A stretch of 64,000 bases of DNA from Actinomycetota bacterium. GTDB taxonomy: Bacteria; Actinomycetota; UBA4738. A model generated the notes under the pieces. That model made no database searches, was not told the origin of the DNA, and saw nothing but the letters and a program-made list of their open reading frames with translations. This document shows, piece by piece, positions 9,638 to 19,035 of the stretch; the first letter of the stretch is position 1, and every line of letters begins with the position of its first letter. The stretch spans positions 15,087 to 79,086 of the forward strand of contig DATABA010000022.1 of NCBI GenBank assembly GCA_036259835.1, read 5' to 3'. A program made the translations under genes and the position numbers.

Positions 9638-10473
9638 CGAACGGCGTGAGCGGCCGAGACGTGGAACGAGTCTTGACCGAGGTCGGGTCGGTCCTGGACT
9701 GGCCCACCGAGGTCGACCTCGCGGTCGCGGTCGGCAATCGACTCAAGGCGGAGGCGCAACCGGCGGGGCTACGGAGTCGGATCGGCGGCGTTTGGCGAGA
9801 CGCCTTTCGGCCGATTCGGTCAGAGCGATCTCGCTGGCAACTGGCTGCCGCGGCAGCGGTCGCTGCTCTGGTTCTGTTCTCGGCGGTGCTGGCCCTCTCG
9901 TCCGGAGCCAGAACGGCTGTCGCGGAGTGGTTCGGGTTGCGCGGCGTGGAGATCAGGGAAACGCCCGCTTCCCCGCGCGCTCCAATACGCACGGTTGGCG
10001 AGGGGCTCGACCTTGGCCGGCCGGTTGCGATACAGGTTGCCGAAGGCATCGCTGGGTTCCGCCTGCAGGTTCCGAGGATGCTCGGCCGTCCGGACCTGGT
10101 GTTCGTCAGGCCACTGTCGCTGGCGGGAAACGAAGTGTTCCTGGTCTACGAATCGCGGCCGGGCCTCCCCGAGAGCTCTGAATCAGGCGTGGGCGTACTG
10201 CTCAGCGAGTTTCGCGGTGAGCTCGAGACGGCCTCGATACGAAAGGTGGCTGAGTTCACGCAGGTCTCGTTCGTTCGGGTCAACGGCAACCCCGGCTTCT
10301 GGATCGAGGGGCCGCACCAGGTCGTGTACCTCGATCCGGATCGCCGCGCTGTCGAACCGACGCGGCGGCTAGCCGGGAGCGTCCTCCTTTGGGAGCAGGA
10401 CGGAATCACCTTCCGTTTGGAATCCGCGCTGTCGCTGAAGAGGGCGTTGGAGATCGCTCGAAGCGTGGAGTGA
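9634..10473 (+). CDS. Putative single-pass anti-sigma factor with DUF4367-like extracytoplasmic domain
   Basis: An ATGA overlap with the sigma gene stop, one TM segment (WQLAAAAAVAALVLFSAVLALS), and a C-terminal LLWEQDGITFRLESALSLKRALEIARSV reminiscent of DUF4367. Confidence 0.5.
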   Translation: MTNGVSGRDVERVLTEVGSVLDWPTEVDLAVAVGNRLKAEAQPAGLRSRIGGVWRDAFRPIRSERSRWQLAAAAAVAALVLFSAVLALSSGARTAVAEWFGLRGVEIRETPASPRAPIRTVGEGLDLGRPVAIQVAEGIAGFRLQVPRMLGRPDLVFVRPLSLAGNEVFLVYESRPGLPESSESGVGVLLSEFRGELETASIRKVAEFTQVSFVRVNGNPGFWIEGPHQVVYLDPDRRAVEPTRRLAGSVLLWEQDGITFRLESALSLKRALEIARSVE

Positions 10474-10537
10474 ACTTCGTGGAACCGTCCGCCTCCAAGG
10501 GTTGTACGGGTTGATGGGAGATCCAAAGGAGGCATTG

Positions 10538-11149
10538 ATGCTTCGCGCAGCAGGGAAGATGCGGACGGTCGTGCTGGCCGCCGCTTTCGCGGGCGGTCTG
10601 GTGGTTGTCCCAGGGCCCGCGTCGGCCGGTGGCGGGGGTACCTGCCACGACTCCAAGCACGTCGGCAGGTCCGGCGTGACGGTCGATGCAAAGGAATCGT
10701 GCTTCTTTCCCACGGTCCTGTACGTCAAGGAGGGGACCACGGTCACCTGGACGAACAGGGATCACGTCGAACACTCCGTGACTGGGCTCGCGGCCGCCTG
10801 GGGAACGAAGGAGGACGTGCTTCAGCAGGGACAGAGTGTGTCCGTCGAGTTCATCGAACCGGGCGTGTATCCGTACACGTGCTTCCTTCACCCGGGGATG
10901 GTCGGCGCGGTTGCCGTGGGTTTGCCCACCGCCGCCAAGGAGGGAGATGCCATCCCGTCGGCGTCAGTACCGATCGGACGGCCCGCTCCTGATCCTGGCG
11001 CCGGCAAGCCGGCTCCAGCAGCTGCCACCGGCTCGGCGAAATCAGAGCTTATGTGGCCGTGGCTGTTTGCCGGACTGGCTGTCCTCGCCGCTACGGGGTT
11101 CCTGGTATTGGACGCGCTCAGGGGTCGAAGGCTTCGCTCGATAGCCTGA
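10538..11149 (+). CDS. Membrane-anchored cupredoxin (plastocyanin/azurin-like blue copper protein)
   Basis: AAGGAGG sits 5 nt upstream of ATG 10538, and there is a signal peptide. Candidate copper ligands are H in DHVEHSV plus YTCFLHPGMVG (C-x2-H-x2-M). The C-terminus has a TM helix. Confidence 0.7.
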   Translation: MLRAAGKMRTVVLAAAFAGGLVVVPGPASAGGGGTCHDSKHVGRSGVTVDAKESCFFPTVLYVKEGTTVTWTNRDHVEHSVTGLAAAWGTKEDVLQQGQSVSVEFIEPGVYPYTCFLHPGMVGAVAVGLPTAAKEGDAIPSASVPIGRPAPDPGAGKPAPAAATGSAKSELMWPWLFAGLAVLAATGFLVLDALRGRRLRSIA

Positions 11150-11168
11150 GCTGCGCGCCGCCGCCCGG

Positions 11169-11753
11169 TCAGGACGGAGAGGCGCCCGCAGAGTGACCGA
11201 TCTGCTCGAGGGTTCGCCGCATCTGGGCGATGTGGAGGAGCCCATGCCCGGCGAGCATTCGGTACGTGATGTCGAAGCTCTCGGGGCCGCGCTCGGCGTG
11301 GATCCCGACCCTCGCGCGGTCGCCTTCGGAGGTGCGATTCCAGAGCCGGACGTGCGACCGGATGAGTGCTCTCCACAGCGCGAGGAGCTCGTTGGGGTCC
11401 TCATCCACGTGGCGGAGGCGCTCCACCAAGAGGTCCTGGTCGTACGCCATGAGGGGCGGCTCCTCGTGCGCGAGGATCCATCGCAAACGGCCGGCGACCA
11501 TGAGTTCGGCATCGACCATGTGACCGAGGAGCTCGATCACGGACCACTCGCTGGGCTCCGGTCGCGTCCGGAGGTGCTCGCCGGCCTGATGCACCAGTGT
11601 CTCGGCGTCGTCGGGAACCCGCTGAATGACCTCCGTCGGGTCCTGATCCCCGAGGAGTCCCAGAAGCGTGTCGCGGTATTCCTTCCCTGCGGACACCGGG
11701 TCTAGGCCGACATCAAGGGCGGCCTCGGCGCCGGACGATCGCTCTCGGTGCAT
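11169..11753 (-). CDS. DinB-family protein
   Basis: WSVIELLGHMVDAE...YRMLAGHGLLHIAQM carries the DinB-like His triad spacing. The start is uncertain: the track gives 11798, and I prefer the internal Met at 11753. Confidence 0.6.
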   Translation of the reverse strand: MHRERSSGAEAALDVGLDPVSAGKEYRDTLLGLLGDQDPTEVIQRVPDDAETLVHQAGEHLRTRPEPSEWSVIELLGHMVDAELMVAGRLRWILAHEEPPLMAYDQDLLVERLRHVDEDPNELLALWRALIRSHVRLWNRTSEGDRARVGIHAERGPESFDITYRMLAGHGLLHIAQMRRTLEQIGHSAGASPS

Positions 11754-11826
11754 GCATGGATTATGCCGAACCCGCACCGATCTTCGCCCGCAGTCCACGT
11801 GCAGACTGCGCTACTACGTTGAGGGC

Positions 11827-12489
11827 ATGCCCGCAAGCATCACGCCGAAACAGTTCCACCAGACCGACGGCGTCGACGACTGGCGCGTGCTGGGGGATGG
11901 AGCCTGCGCGTACTTCCCCACTGCCTCGTTCGAAGAAGGCGTCCGGCTAATCCAAGCGATCAGCGAAATCGGTGGTTTGGGCGCCGGCCATCCCGATATC
12001 GACTTGCGAGTGGAAGGCGTTACCGTGCGACTCGTCACCATCACAGCTGGCTACTACGGGCTGAGCCAGCGGGACGTCGAGCTCGCCCGAGCGATTTCGA
12101 CGGTGGCCCGTGATCTTGACCTCGCAGCAGACCCCTCTGCCACCCAAACCGTTCAGATTGCGATCGATGCGCTCGTCCATCCTGACGTGATTCCGTTCTG
12201 GCGAGCGGTGCTCGGCTACGTGGACCGCGACCCAGTCGGTGAGGATCTGATCGACCCACATCGTCGTGGTGCGCCGCTCTGGTTCCAGCAGATGGATGCG
12301 CCGCGCCCGCAGCGCAACCGAATCTACGTCGATGTCTTCGTTCCACACGAGGAGGCGGAGAAACGAGTCGCGGCGGCGATCGCGGCCGGTGGGCACCTGG
12401 TGGGCGACGAGCATGCGCCGGAATGGTGGACGCTGGCCGACGCCGAGGGGAACGAGGTCGACGTGGCCACGACGTTTACCCGCGACTGA
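11827..12489 (+). CDS. Pterin-4a-carbinolamine dehydratase-like domain fused to a VOC/glyoxalase-like domain
   Basis: Trimmed to ATG 11827. GHPDIDLRVEGVTVRLVT resembles the PCD HHPD motif. The C-terminal half (NRIYVDVFVPHEEAEKRV) looks VOC-like. Confidence 0.45.
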   Translation: MPASITPKQFHQTDGVDDWRVLGDGACAYFPTASFEEGVRLIQAISEIGGLGAGHPDIDLRVEGVTVRLVTITAGYYGLSQRDVELARAISTVARDLDLAADPSATQTVQIAIDALVHPDVIPFWRAVLGYVDRDPVGEDLIDPHRRGAPLWFQQMDAPRPQRNRIYVDVFVPHEEAEKRVAAAIAAGGHLVGDEHAPEWWTLADAEGNEVDVATTFTRD

Positions 12490-12558
12490 GTTCGGCCGTA
12501 GGAGCGGCGTCGGCACCAGCTCCTCCAGGGCTGACAACCCCGTCCTCAGCGGTCATCA

Positions 12559-13914
12559 TTGTCAGCCGGGGGGCACCGCGAGTTCACGATGGATAGGACC
12601 GATACGCCAACGCAAGCTGGAAGGCGGTTGCCGTTCAGCCTCGAGCGGCTGCGGCTGCGGTTTCGCGACCCTGCTCTCGAGGCGGCATTTCGGGATAATA
12701 GGTTCCGCCACAATGTGGCGAACATCCGCTTCGCCTTCTTTGCCGGGATCGTCGTCTGGGTGGCGTGGGGATTCCTCCTGCGACCTCACATCCTTGCCGA
12801 GGCTGATCGCAGACTCGACACGATCATGCGGTTTGGGGTGTTTATACCGATGCTCCTCGTCGGCTTTGTGCTTACGTTCACACCCTTCTTCCGGCGAATT
12901 TGGCAAGGACTGTCGGTGTTCATCGCGACGACCACGATCCTGTTATGGGTTTACTACGTCTCGCACATCTTGACGCTGCCTGCCGAGTACGGCTACGTCG
13001 GGGTCATCCTGATCACGGCGTTCACGTACACGCTCCTGCGGCTTCGGTTCCTCTGGGTGGTAGTCATCACGGTGGTCGGCATCGCCGCATACCTGCCGTA
13101 CGCGTTCACGGCGCGCTACATCGTGGACGTGAGCCGGACGTTGGCGACCCTTTATCTGGTCTCGTTCGGATTTCTGGGAGGCCTGGCCGCCTACCGACTC
13201 GAACGGTTCTCCAGACAGGTGTTCCTTCGGGAGCGCCAGCTCGACCAGGAACGGGAGCGATCAGACGCCCTGCTGCTAAACATCCTCCCGCAGGCGATTG
13301 TCGAGCAGCTCAAGACCTCCTCCGGCGGGCGGATCGCTCAAGCGTTCGACCAAGTGACGGTCGTCATCGCCGACGCCGTTGGATCCACGGAGCAGGGGGC
13401 ACGGTCATCGCCCGAGAGGTTCGCCGCCGCTCTGGACGAGCTGTTCCGCAGGTTCGACGACCTTGCCGACCGGCACGGCCTCGAGAAGATCAAGACCATC
13501 GGAGACGCGTACATGGCCGTGGCGGGCGCGCCTGTCCCTATGGCGAATCACGCCGCGGCGGCGGTTTCCATGGCGCTCGAGATGCTCGCCGAAGCCGGGC
13601 AGGTTCAGTGGCCCTCCGGTGACGCCATCCGGGTGCGGATCGGGGTCGCCACCGGGCCGGCCGTCGCCGGAATCATCGGGTTCCGGAAGTTCGCCTACGA
13701 CCTGTGGGGCGACACCGTGAACCTCGCCAGCAGACTCCAGGAATCCGCAGAGCCCGGCCAGGCGCTGGTCTCGGAACCGACGGCCGAGTTGCTCAGCCAT
13801 GACTACGACTTCGGGCCTCCGCACATCGTGGACCTGAAGGGCAAGGGACCGACTCCCGCCCGCGTCGTGCTCGGCCGCCGTGCCGACCTTCCCATTAAGG
13901 TGCCGTCTGCTTGA
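12559..13914 (+). CDS. Membrane-bound class III adenylate/guanylate cyclase (about 6 TM N-terminal domain)
   Basis: A hydrophobic N-terminal half is followed by cyclase blocks VVIADAVGSTE, KTIGDAYMAVAG and GDTVNLASRL. An alternative start is ATG 12589. Confidence 0.8.
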   Translation: MSAGGHREFTMDRTDTPTQAGRRLPFSLERLRLRFRDPALEAAFRDNRFRHNVANIRFAFFAGIVVWVAWGFLLRPHILAEADRRLDTIMRFGVFIPMLLVGFVLTFTPFFRRIWQGLSVFIATTTILLWVYYVSHILTLPAEYGYVGVILITAFTYTLLRLRFLWVVVITVVGIAAYLPYAFTARYIVDVSRTLATLYLVSFGFLGGLAAYRLERFSRQVFLRERQLDQERERSDALLLNILPQAIVEQLKTSSGGRIAQAFDQVTVVIADAVGSTEQGARSSPERFAAALDELFRRFDDLADRHGLEKIKTIGDAYMAVAGAPVPMANHAAAAVSMALEMLAEAGQVQWPSGDAIRVRIGVATGPAVAGIIGFRKFAYDLWGDTVNLASRLQESAEPGQALVSEPTAELLSHDYDFGPPHIVDLKGKGPTPARVVLGRRADLPIKVPSA

Positions 13915-13928
13915 GGCGGACTGACCTC

Positions 13929-14837
13929 ATGAGGAAGCTCTTGCTGCTGGGCGTGTGCGTGACGCTGACAGCGTGCACTTCCTCCGGTGCCGGGCGGACT
14001 CCCCCTAGTCCCGGTGAACCGAAGGACGTGATCGTCGTCGGGGTGTCCGGCGCGTTCGCTGAGAACCAGATCGTGGCGGAGATGTACGCGCAAGTCCTGG
14101 AGGGGGCCGGCTACAGCGTCGAGCGACAGTTCGACCTCCGATCTCGGGAGATCTCCCAGAATGCCCTCGAGTCGGGACAGATCGACCTGAAGCCGGAGTA
14201 CCTCTCTTCGTTGCTCCTCTTTCTCGATCCGAATGCACAACCCGCGGACGATCCCGCTGGGGTTGCCAGACAAGACGGCGAGCTGTTGGAGGGGAAAGGG
14301 ATCACGGTGCTCTCGCCGTCACCAGCGCAGGACACGAATGAGTTCGTGGCGAACGCGAAGACAGCCCAGCGATTCAACCTCACGACGATGAGTTCCCTCG
14401 CGCCCGTCGCAGGCCAACTGACGTTCGGCGGCCCGCCGGAATGCGCTCAACGACCGTTCTGCCTCCCGGGACTGCACAGGGTCTACGGGATCCTCTTCGA
14501 GGATTTCCTAGCGCTGGATGTGGGAGGGCCCCAGACGATCGCCGCACTGAAGGCCGACGAAGTGCAGATCGGCCTGCTCTTCTCCACGGACCCGAGCATC
14601 AGGGAGAACGGATTCGTTCCGCTCGTGGACGATAAGCACCTCCAGAACGCGGAAAACATCACGCCAGTGATCCGCTCGGAGAAGCTCAACGCCGAGATCG
14701 AGGGATTGCTCGGTGAGGTGAGCGCCCGGCTCTCTACGGGGACCGTGACCGAGCTCGTGGGGAAGGTCGTGATCGAGAATCAGAATGTGGCGACGGTGGT
14801 CAGAGAGTTCCTGACGGCAAACGGCCTTTCCGATTAG
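13929..14837 (+). CDS. Glycine-betaine/osmoprotectant-type (OpuAC/ProX-like) substrate-binding lipoprotein, orphan
   Basis: Lipobox LLLLGVCVTLTAC. The sequence VIVVGVSGAFAENQIVAEMYAQVLEGAGYSVERQFDL...IDLKPEY is typical of OpuAC-family SBPs. No cognate permease or ATPase lies nearby. Confidence 0.65.
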   Translation: MRKLLLLGVCVTLTACTSSGAGRTPPSPGEPKDVIVVGVSGAFAENQIVAEMYAQVLEGAGYSVERQFDLRSREISQNALESGQIDLKPEYLSSLLLFLDPNAQPADDPAGVARQDGELLEGKGITVLSPSPAQDTNEFVANAKTAQRFNLTTMSSLAPVAGQLTFGGPPECAQRPFCLPGLHRVYGILFEDFLALDVGGPQTIAALKADEVQIGLLFSTDPSIRENGFVPLVDDKHLQNAENITPVIRSEKLNAEIEGLLGEVSARLSTGTVTELVGKVVIENQNVATVVREFLTANGLSD

Positions 14838-14860
14838 CGGTCGTTAGCCGTTTCCGGTCG

Positions 14861-14933
14861 TGCCCCCGGGAGGAATCGAACCTCCGACACACGGTTTAGG
14901 AAACCGTTGCTCTATCCACTGAGCTACGAGGGC
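14861..14933 (-). tRNA. tRNA-Arg (anticodon CCT)
   Basis: The reverse complement is GCCCTCGTAGCTCAGTGGATAGAGCAACGGTTTCCTAAACCGTGTGTCGGAGGTTCGATTCCTCCCGGGGGCA. It folds as a cloverleaf with anticodon loop TTCCTAA. Confidence 0.85.
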
Positions 14934-15014
14934 AAGAGGTCTCTCTAGAGTACGAGAGGCGGCGACGACAGTGTGGCGATCACCTTCCTTCGTTCCTCTT
15001 GACGGATACTCTTT

Positions 15015-16145
15015 GTGTTCGATATTTTTCGAACCATACGTTCGATCCTTGTCGAAAAGGATAAATCCTTGGGGCAGACGCTCCTTGATCGTCGCCGGGC
15101 GGCTCCGCAGCCGATGGTGGACATCCGCTTCGGGACGTCGTACGAGCTGCTTTTGAGCATTTCTGCATATCAGGCACCCGAGCTCGTCGGGGCGCCGGAC
15201 GTCGTGCCGCCTTCGTTTCTGGCAGTGCCGAAGACGCTTCCCAGAGCGATTCGAGAAGCGGTCGATCGGGTCGGCCTCGGGCCCATGTGGCAGAACTTCG
15301 TCGGCTTCGCCGCGACCGACCCGGTGGCCAGCGACATCCCTTCGCTGATTCGAAAGGTTGAGGCCACCTCCGCATTCGATGTGCGGCTCACCGCACTCGG
15401 AGCGCGCTCTCCCGCCTTCAGAGCCGTCGTCGACCCCGGAATCTTCACCGACGCAGCTCAGGGTGACGCGAACGCGAGGGCCGAATTGGTGGAGAGGTTC
15501 GCGAAGTCGCCCAGGGAACGCGTCGAATTCACGAAGCTCCTCACTCTCAAGGCCGGCGAGACGAAGCGCGCGATCGTCGACGTTCTGCGGTTGTGGCACC
15601 GCGAGGTGCTGGCCCCTCGCGAGTCACAAGTTCAGGAGGTGCTACGCCGGGACGTCACGAGCAAGCTCTCGCACCGAAAGCGGGTCCCGGCAGAGACGCT
15701 CATCGAAATCGCAACGAACGGTCTCGAATACCGTCCAGAGCGTTGGGCGAAGCGGGTTCTGCTCATCCCTCAACTCTCGTGGCGCCCCTGGAACGTCTTG
15801 CTCGACCACCAGGACGTCTCGATCATTTGCTATCCCGTCGCGGACGAGAGTCTGGGAATGGACCGTGATGAACCACCCGCGTCGCTCGTGCGCTTTCATC
15901 AGGCGCTGGGCGACGACAAGCGCCTTCGGATCCTCAAACGCCTGGCAGAGGGAAGCGCCACGCTTCAAGAGCTCGCCGCCGTGGCGAACCTGGCGAAATC
16001 GTCCGCTCATCATCACCTGGTCCTTCTTCGATCCGCCGGTCTGGTTCGCACGACGACCGAAGAACAGGGCCGCTACACGCTTCGACGCGACCAGATCACG
16101 AACATGTCGGCGCAGCTCGAGCAGTTCCTCAGGGGCATCGAATGA
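15015..16145 (+). CDS. ArsR/SmtB-family winged-HTH regulator with long N-terminal domain (DUF5937-like architecture)
   Basis: C-terminus LGDDKRLRILKRLAEGSATLQELAAVANLAKSSAHHHLVLLRSAGLV. The stop overlaps the MFS gene start (ATGA). Confidence 0.7.
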   Translation: MFDIFRTIRSILVEKDKSLGQTLLDRRRAAPQPMVDIRFGTSYELLLSISAYQAPELVGAPDVVPPSFLAVPKTLPRAIREAVDRVGLGPMWQNFVGFAATDPVASDIPSLIRKVEATSAFDVRLTALGARSPAFRAVVDPGIFTDAAQGDANARAELVERFAKSPRERVEFTKLLTLKAGETKRAIVDVLRLWHREVLAPRESQVQEVLRRDVTSKLSHRKRVPAETLIEIATNGLEYRPERWAKRVLLIPQLSWRPWNVLLDHQDVSIICYPVADESLGMDRDEPPASLVRFHQALGDDKRLRILKRLAEGSATLQELAAVANLAKSSAHHHLVLLRSAGLVRTTTEEQGRYTLRRDQITNMSAQLEQFLRGIE

Positions 16146-17458
16146 ACGAAGCGAAGCGCTCCTCGTCGCTGTGGCGGCAGAGCAATTTCATGAAGCTCTG
16201 GACCGCCCAGACCATCAGCCAGTTCGGCACCCAGGTGACGTTGCTGGCGCTGCCGCTGGCGGCGGTGCTCGTTCTGGATGCAACACCGTTTCAGGTCGGG
16301 CTTCTCACGACGCTCGAGTACCTGCCGTTCCTTCTCATCGGCTTGCCCGCAGGAGTCTGGGTCGACCGTTTGCCACGGCGCCCGATCCTCATCGCCGGTG
16401 ACATGTTGCGCGCCGTGACGCTCGGGTCGGTCCCGATCGCCTATCAGATGGGCGTGCTTTCCATGACACAGCTGTACGTCGTCGCACTCTTGACCGGAGT
16501 CGGCACGGTCTTCTTCGACATCGCTGATCAAGCCTTCCTTCCGTCGCTCGTTGGGCGCGACCGACTGGTTCAGGCGAACGGACGCTTGGAAATGAGTCGC
16601 TCGGGCGCTCAGCTGGCCGGACCCGGAATCGCCGGGTTCCTGGTCGAATGGGTTCGAGCTCCGATGGCGATTGCCCTCGACGCCGTCAGCTATGTGCTCT
16701 CCGCGCTGTTCCTCGCCGCCATCCCGCGGACGAAAGGCCAGGCCTCGAGGGCCGGCGCCGGCCGCAGGAGCATGAGGGCGGAGATCCGGGAAGGTCTTCG
16801 CTATGTATTCCGCCATCCACTTCTGTTGCCGATTGCCGGTTGTACGGCCACGTCCAACCTGTTCAGTTCGATGCTGCTGGCCGTGCTGATCCTCTTCGCC
16901 ATTCGGGAGCTGGGTCTGTCTCCGGGTGAAATCGGGATCATCTTCGCCATCGGGAACGTCGGGTTCCTGGTGGGGGCCGTCGTCGCGGCACGCGTCGCGA
17001 AGGTCCTCGGGTTGGGCCGGGCCATCGTCGGGTGCGCCATGGTCTTCGGCGCCTCGAACTTGCTGATTCCGGTGGCGAGTTCCTCGACGGCCGCTCCACT
17101 CCTGATCGGAGCGATGTTCCTCATGGGGCTTGGAGGGACGGCCTACAACGTGAACCAGGTCAGCCTCCGGCAAGCGATCACTCCCGAGAAGATCTTGGGG
17201 CGCATGAACGCGACCATGCGCTTTCTGGTTTGGGGAACCATGCCGATCGGCGCGTTCGTCGGAGGAATCCTCGGCAACACGCTTGGCCTCCGGCCGACGG
17301 TTTGGGTCGCCGCGATCGGCGGCACGCTGGCGTTCATCCCGCCGTTGCTCTCTCCGGTCAGGTCGCTCCAGCGAGTGCCCGACATCGAGCCGTCGCCGGG
17401 CGCCGTAGCGACGCCCCCGCGGTCCTTACAGGCGCCGTCGGACGTCGCCGCACCGTAG
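16142..17458 (+). CDS. MFS transporter (EntS/efflux-like)
   Basis: About 12 TM segments. The N-terminal NFMKLWTAQTISQFGTQVT motif is typical of MFS_3/EntS-like exporters. Confidence 0.75.
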   Translation: MNEAKRSSSLWRQSNFMKLWTAQTISQFGTQVTLLALPLAAVLVLDATPFQVGLLTTLEYLPFLLIGLPAGVWVDRLPRRPILIAGDMLRAVTLGSVPIAYQMGVLSMTQLYVVALLTGVGTVFFDIADQAFLPSLVGRDRLVQANGRLEMSRSGAQLAGPGIAGFLVEWVRAPMAIALDAVSYVLSALFLAAIPRTKGQASRAGAGRRSMRAEIREGLRYVFRHPLLLPIAGCTATSNLFSSMLLAVLILFAIRELGLSPGEIGIIFAIGNVGFLVGAVVAARVAKVLGLGRAIVGCAMVFGASNLLIPVASSSTAAPLLIGAMFLMGLGGTAYNVNQVSLRQAITPEKILGRMNATMRFLVWGTMPIGAFVGGILGNTLGLRPTVWVAAIGGTLAFIPPLLSPVRSLQRVPDIEPSPGAVATPPRSLQAPSDVAAP

Positions 17459-17487
17459 AGCCTGACCAGCGGGTCTAGAGTCGGCCG

Positions 17488-19035
17488 ATGGCCCCGTTTC
17501 GCACCTCATGGCCGGTTCGTGGGGCGCTCTTCGCGATGCTGGCCGGTTACTTCGGGTTCGTCCTCATTGCCTCGGCGCCGTCCTCTCCGCTCAGACCCCC
17601 ACTGCCCCGGCGGGTCGGCGTTCCGGCCTGGGGTGAAATGGCGAGTGAGTGGATCGGTCTCGATCGCTTGACCCATGACGGGCTAACCGTCATGGCTCTG
17701 CTCTTGCTTGCAGCTCTCCTCGCGGCGTTCACGTTTATCTCCCGGGAGGCCTGGAACGAACGAACGGGTCTCGGTTCAGTGATCGCGATCACGGCCGTCT
17801 CCCTCGGCCTAGTCACCGCGGGACCGCTCGTGCTTTCGCGCGATGTGTACAGCTATGCCTCGTACGGACGGATGTACGCGGTCTCCCACACAAACCCGTA
17901 CGTGGCGAGCCCCAGCAAGTTCGGAAGAGATCCCTTCACTGGAGTTGTGTCGAATGAATGGCGAAACACGCCATCCGTCTACGGTCCGGCTTTCACGCTG
18001 CTGAGCGCTGCAATCGCGGGAGCAGCGAGAAACTCACCCGCTGCCACCGTTTGGACGTTCAAGGTGTTGGCTGTCATCGCGGCGGGAGGTGCGGCGTATC
18101 TCGCGGCTGCGGCGTCCAGGGCCGTACGGCCCGGCAAGGAGGCCTTCGCGGTCGCCGTCGTTGGCCTCAATCCACTGATGGTCCTCCACGTCGTCGGGGC
18201 GGGACACAACGACGCGCTCGTCGCCGCCCTGCTTGCCGGCGCTCTACTCGTGGCCGTATGCGCGGCGCGGTCGCGGGACCACTCGAAGGAAGCGAATCGA
18301 GAAGCTTCGGGTTCAGAGACCTTCTCCACCGCTTCAGCAATTGCCGTGACCGTCCTCATCACATTGGCAGCGCTCATCAAGGTGATCGCGGCGATCCCGT
18401 TACTGCTGTGGCTCGCATATCTCGTTCGGTCGTCGCCCCCCAGGAGACGAGTGCGGGTTGCCGGGATCCAGGGTGCCGTCGCTATCGCGGTTACGGCGGC
18501 CGTCACGGCGCCGCTGTTTTCGGGCGGGGACACGCTGAGGGCAATCGGAAACGTGGCCGGAAGGGAAGGCTGGGCCAGCAGCGCCCGTCTCGTCGCTCGG
18601 ACCCTTCGAGCACTTACGGGAGTGGAGCTCGGTTCGTCCGCCGACGTCGCCCTATCGGTGGGCGTCTACCTGGGTTTTTTGGCCGTTTTCCTGACGCTCA
18701 CATGGCAGCTTTTTCGGGCGACCGGCGGGGATCCGGCCGCCGTGTGGGGAGGGGGACTCCTGTTGTTTGCGCTCGCGGCCTCGTATCTCCTGCCGTGGTA
18801 CGCGGCGTGGTTCCTTCCGTTCGTGCCGTTCCTCATGAACGTCCGGCTGGGAACCGTCGCGTTGGTGGTCGCCGGACTCCTCACCTTGACGGGAGTTCCG
18901 GCCGAGCCCGGATTGGACCCATCCCTCTGGCGGAACATGATTCTCGTCGTTCACTACGTGGTCGCACCCGCGATGCTCGCGCTTCTGTTCGTCGCCGCCG
19001 TGCGGGTGAGGCGGCTCGGCATGCTACAGGCCTGA
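17488..19035 (+). CDS. Polytopic GT-C-like membrane glycosyltransferase (MptB/DUF2029-like mannosyltransferase candidate)
   Basis: Many TM helices, with SRDVYSYASYGRM...NPY...W..TPSVYGPAFTLL and GAGHNDALVAALL motifs as in polyprenol-phosphate-mannose-dependent transferases. Confidence 0.45.
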   Translation: MAPFRTSWPVRGALFAMLAGYFGFVLIASAPSSPLRPPLPRRVGVPAWGEMASEWIGLDRLTHDGLTVMALLLLAALLAAFTFISREAWNERTGLGSVIAITAVSLGLVTAGPLVLSRDVYSYASYGRMYAVSHTNPYVASPSKFGRDPFTGVVSNEWRNTPSVYGPAFTLLSAAIAGAARNSPAATVWTFKVLAVIAAGGAAYLAAAASRAVRPGKEAFAVAVVGLNPLMVLHVVGAGHNDALVAALLAGALLVAVCAARSRDHSKEANREASGSETFSTASAIAVTVLITLAALIKVIAAIPLLLWLAYLVRSSPPRRRVRVAGIQGAVAIAVTAAVTAPLFSGGDTLRAIGNVAGREGWASSARLVARTLRALTGVELGSSADVALSVGVYLGFLAVFLTLTWQLFRATGGDPAAVWGGGLLLFALAASYLLPWYAAWFLPFVPFLMNVRLGTVALVVAGLLTLTGVPAEPGLDPSLWRNMILVVHYVVAPAMLALLFVAAVRVRRLGMLQA

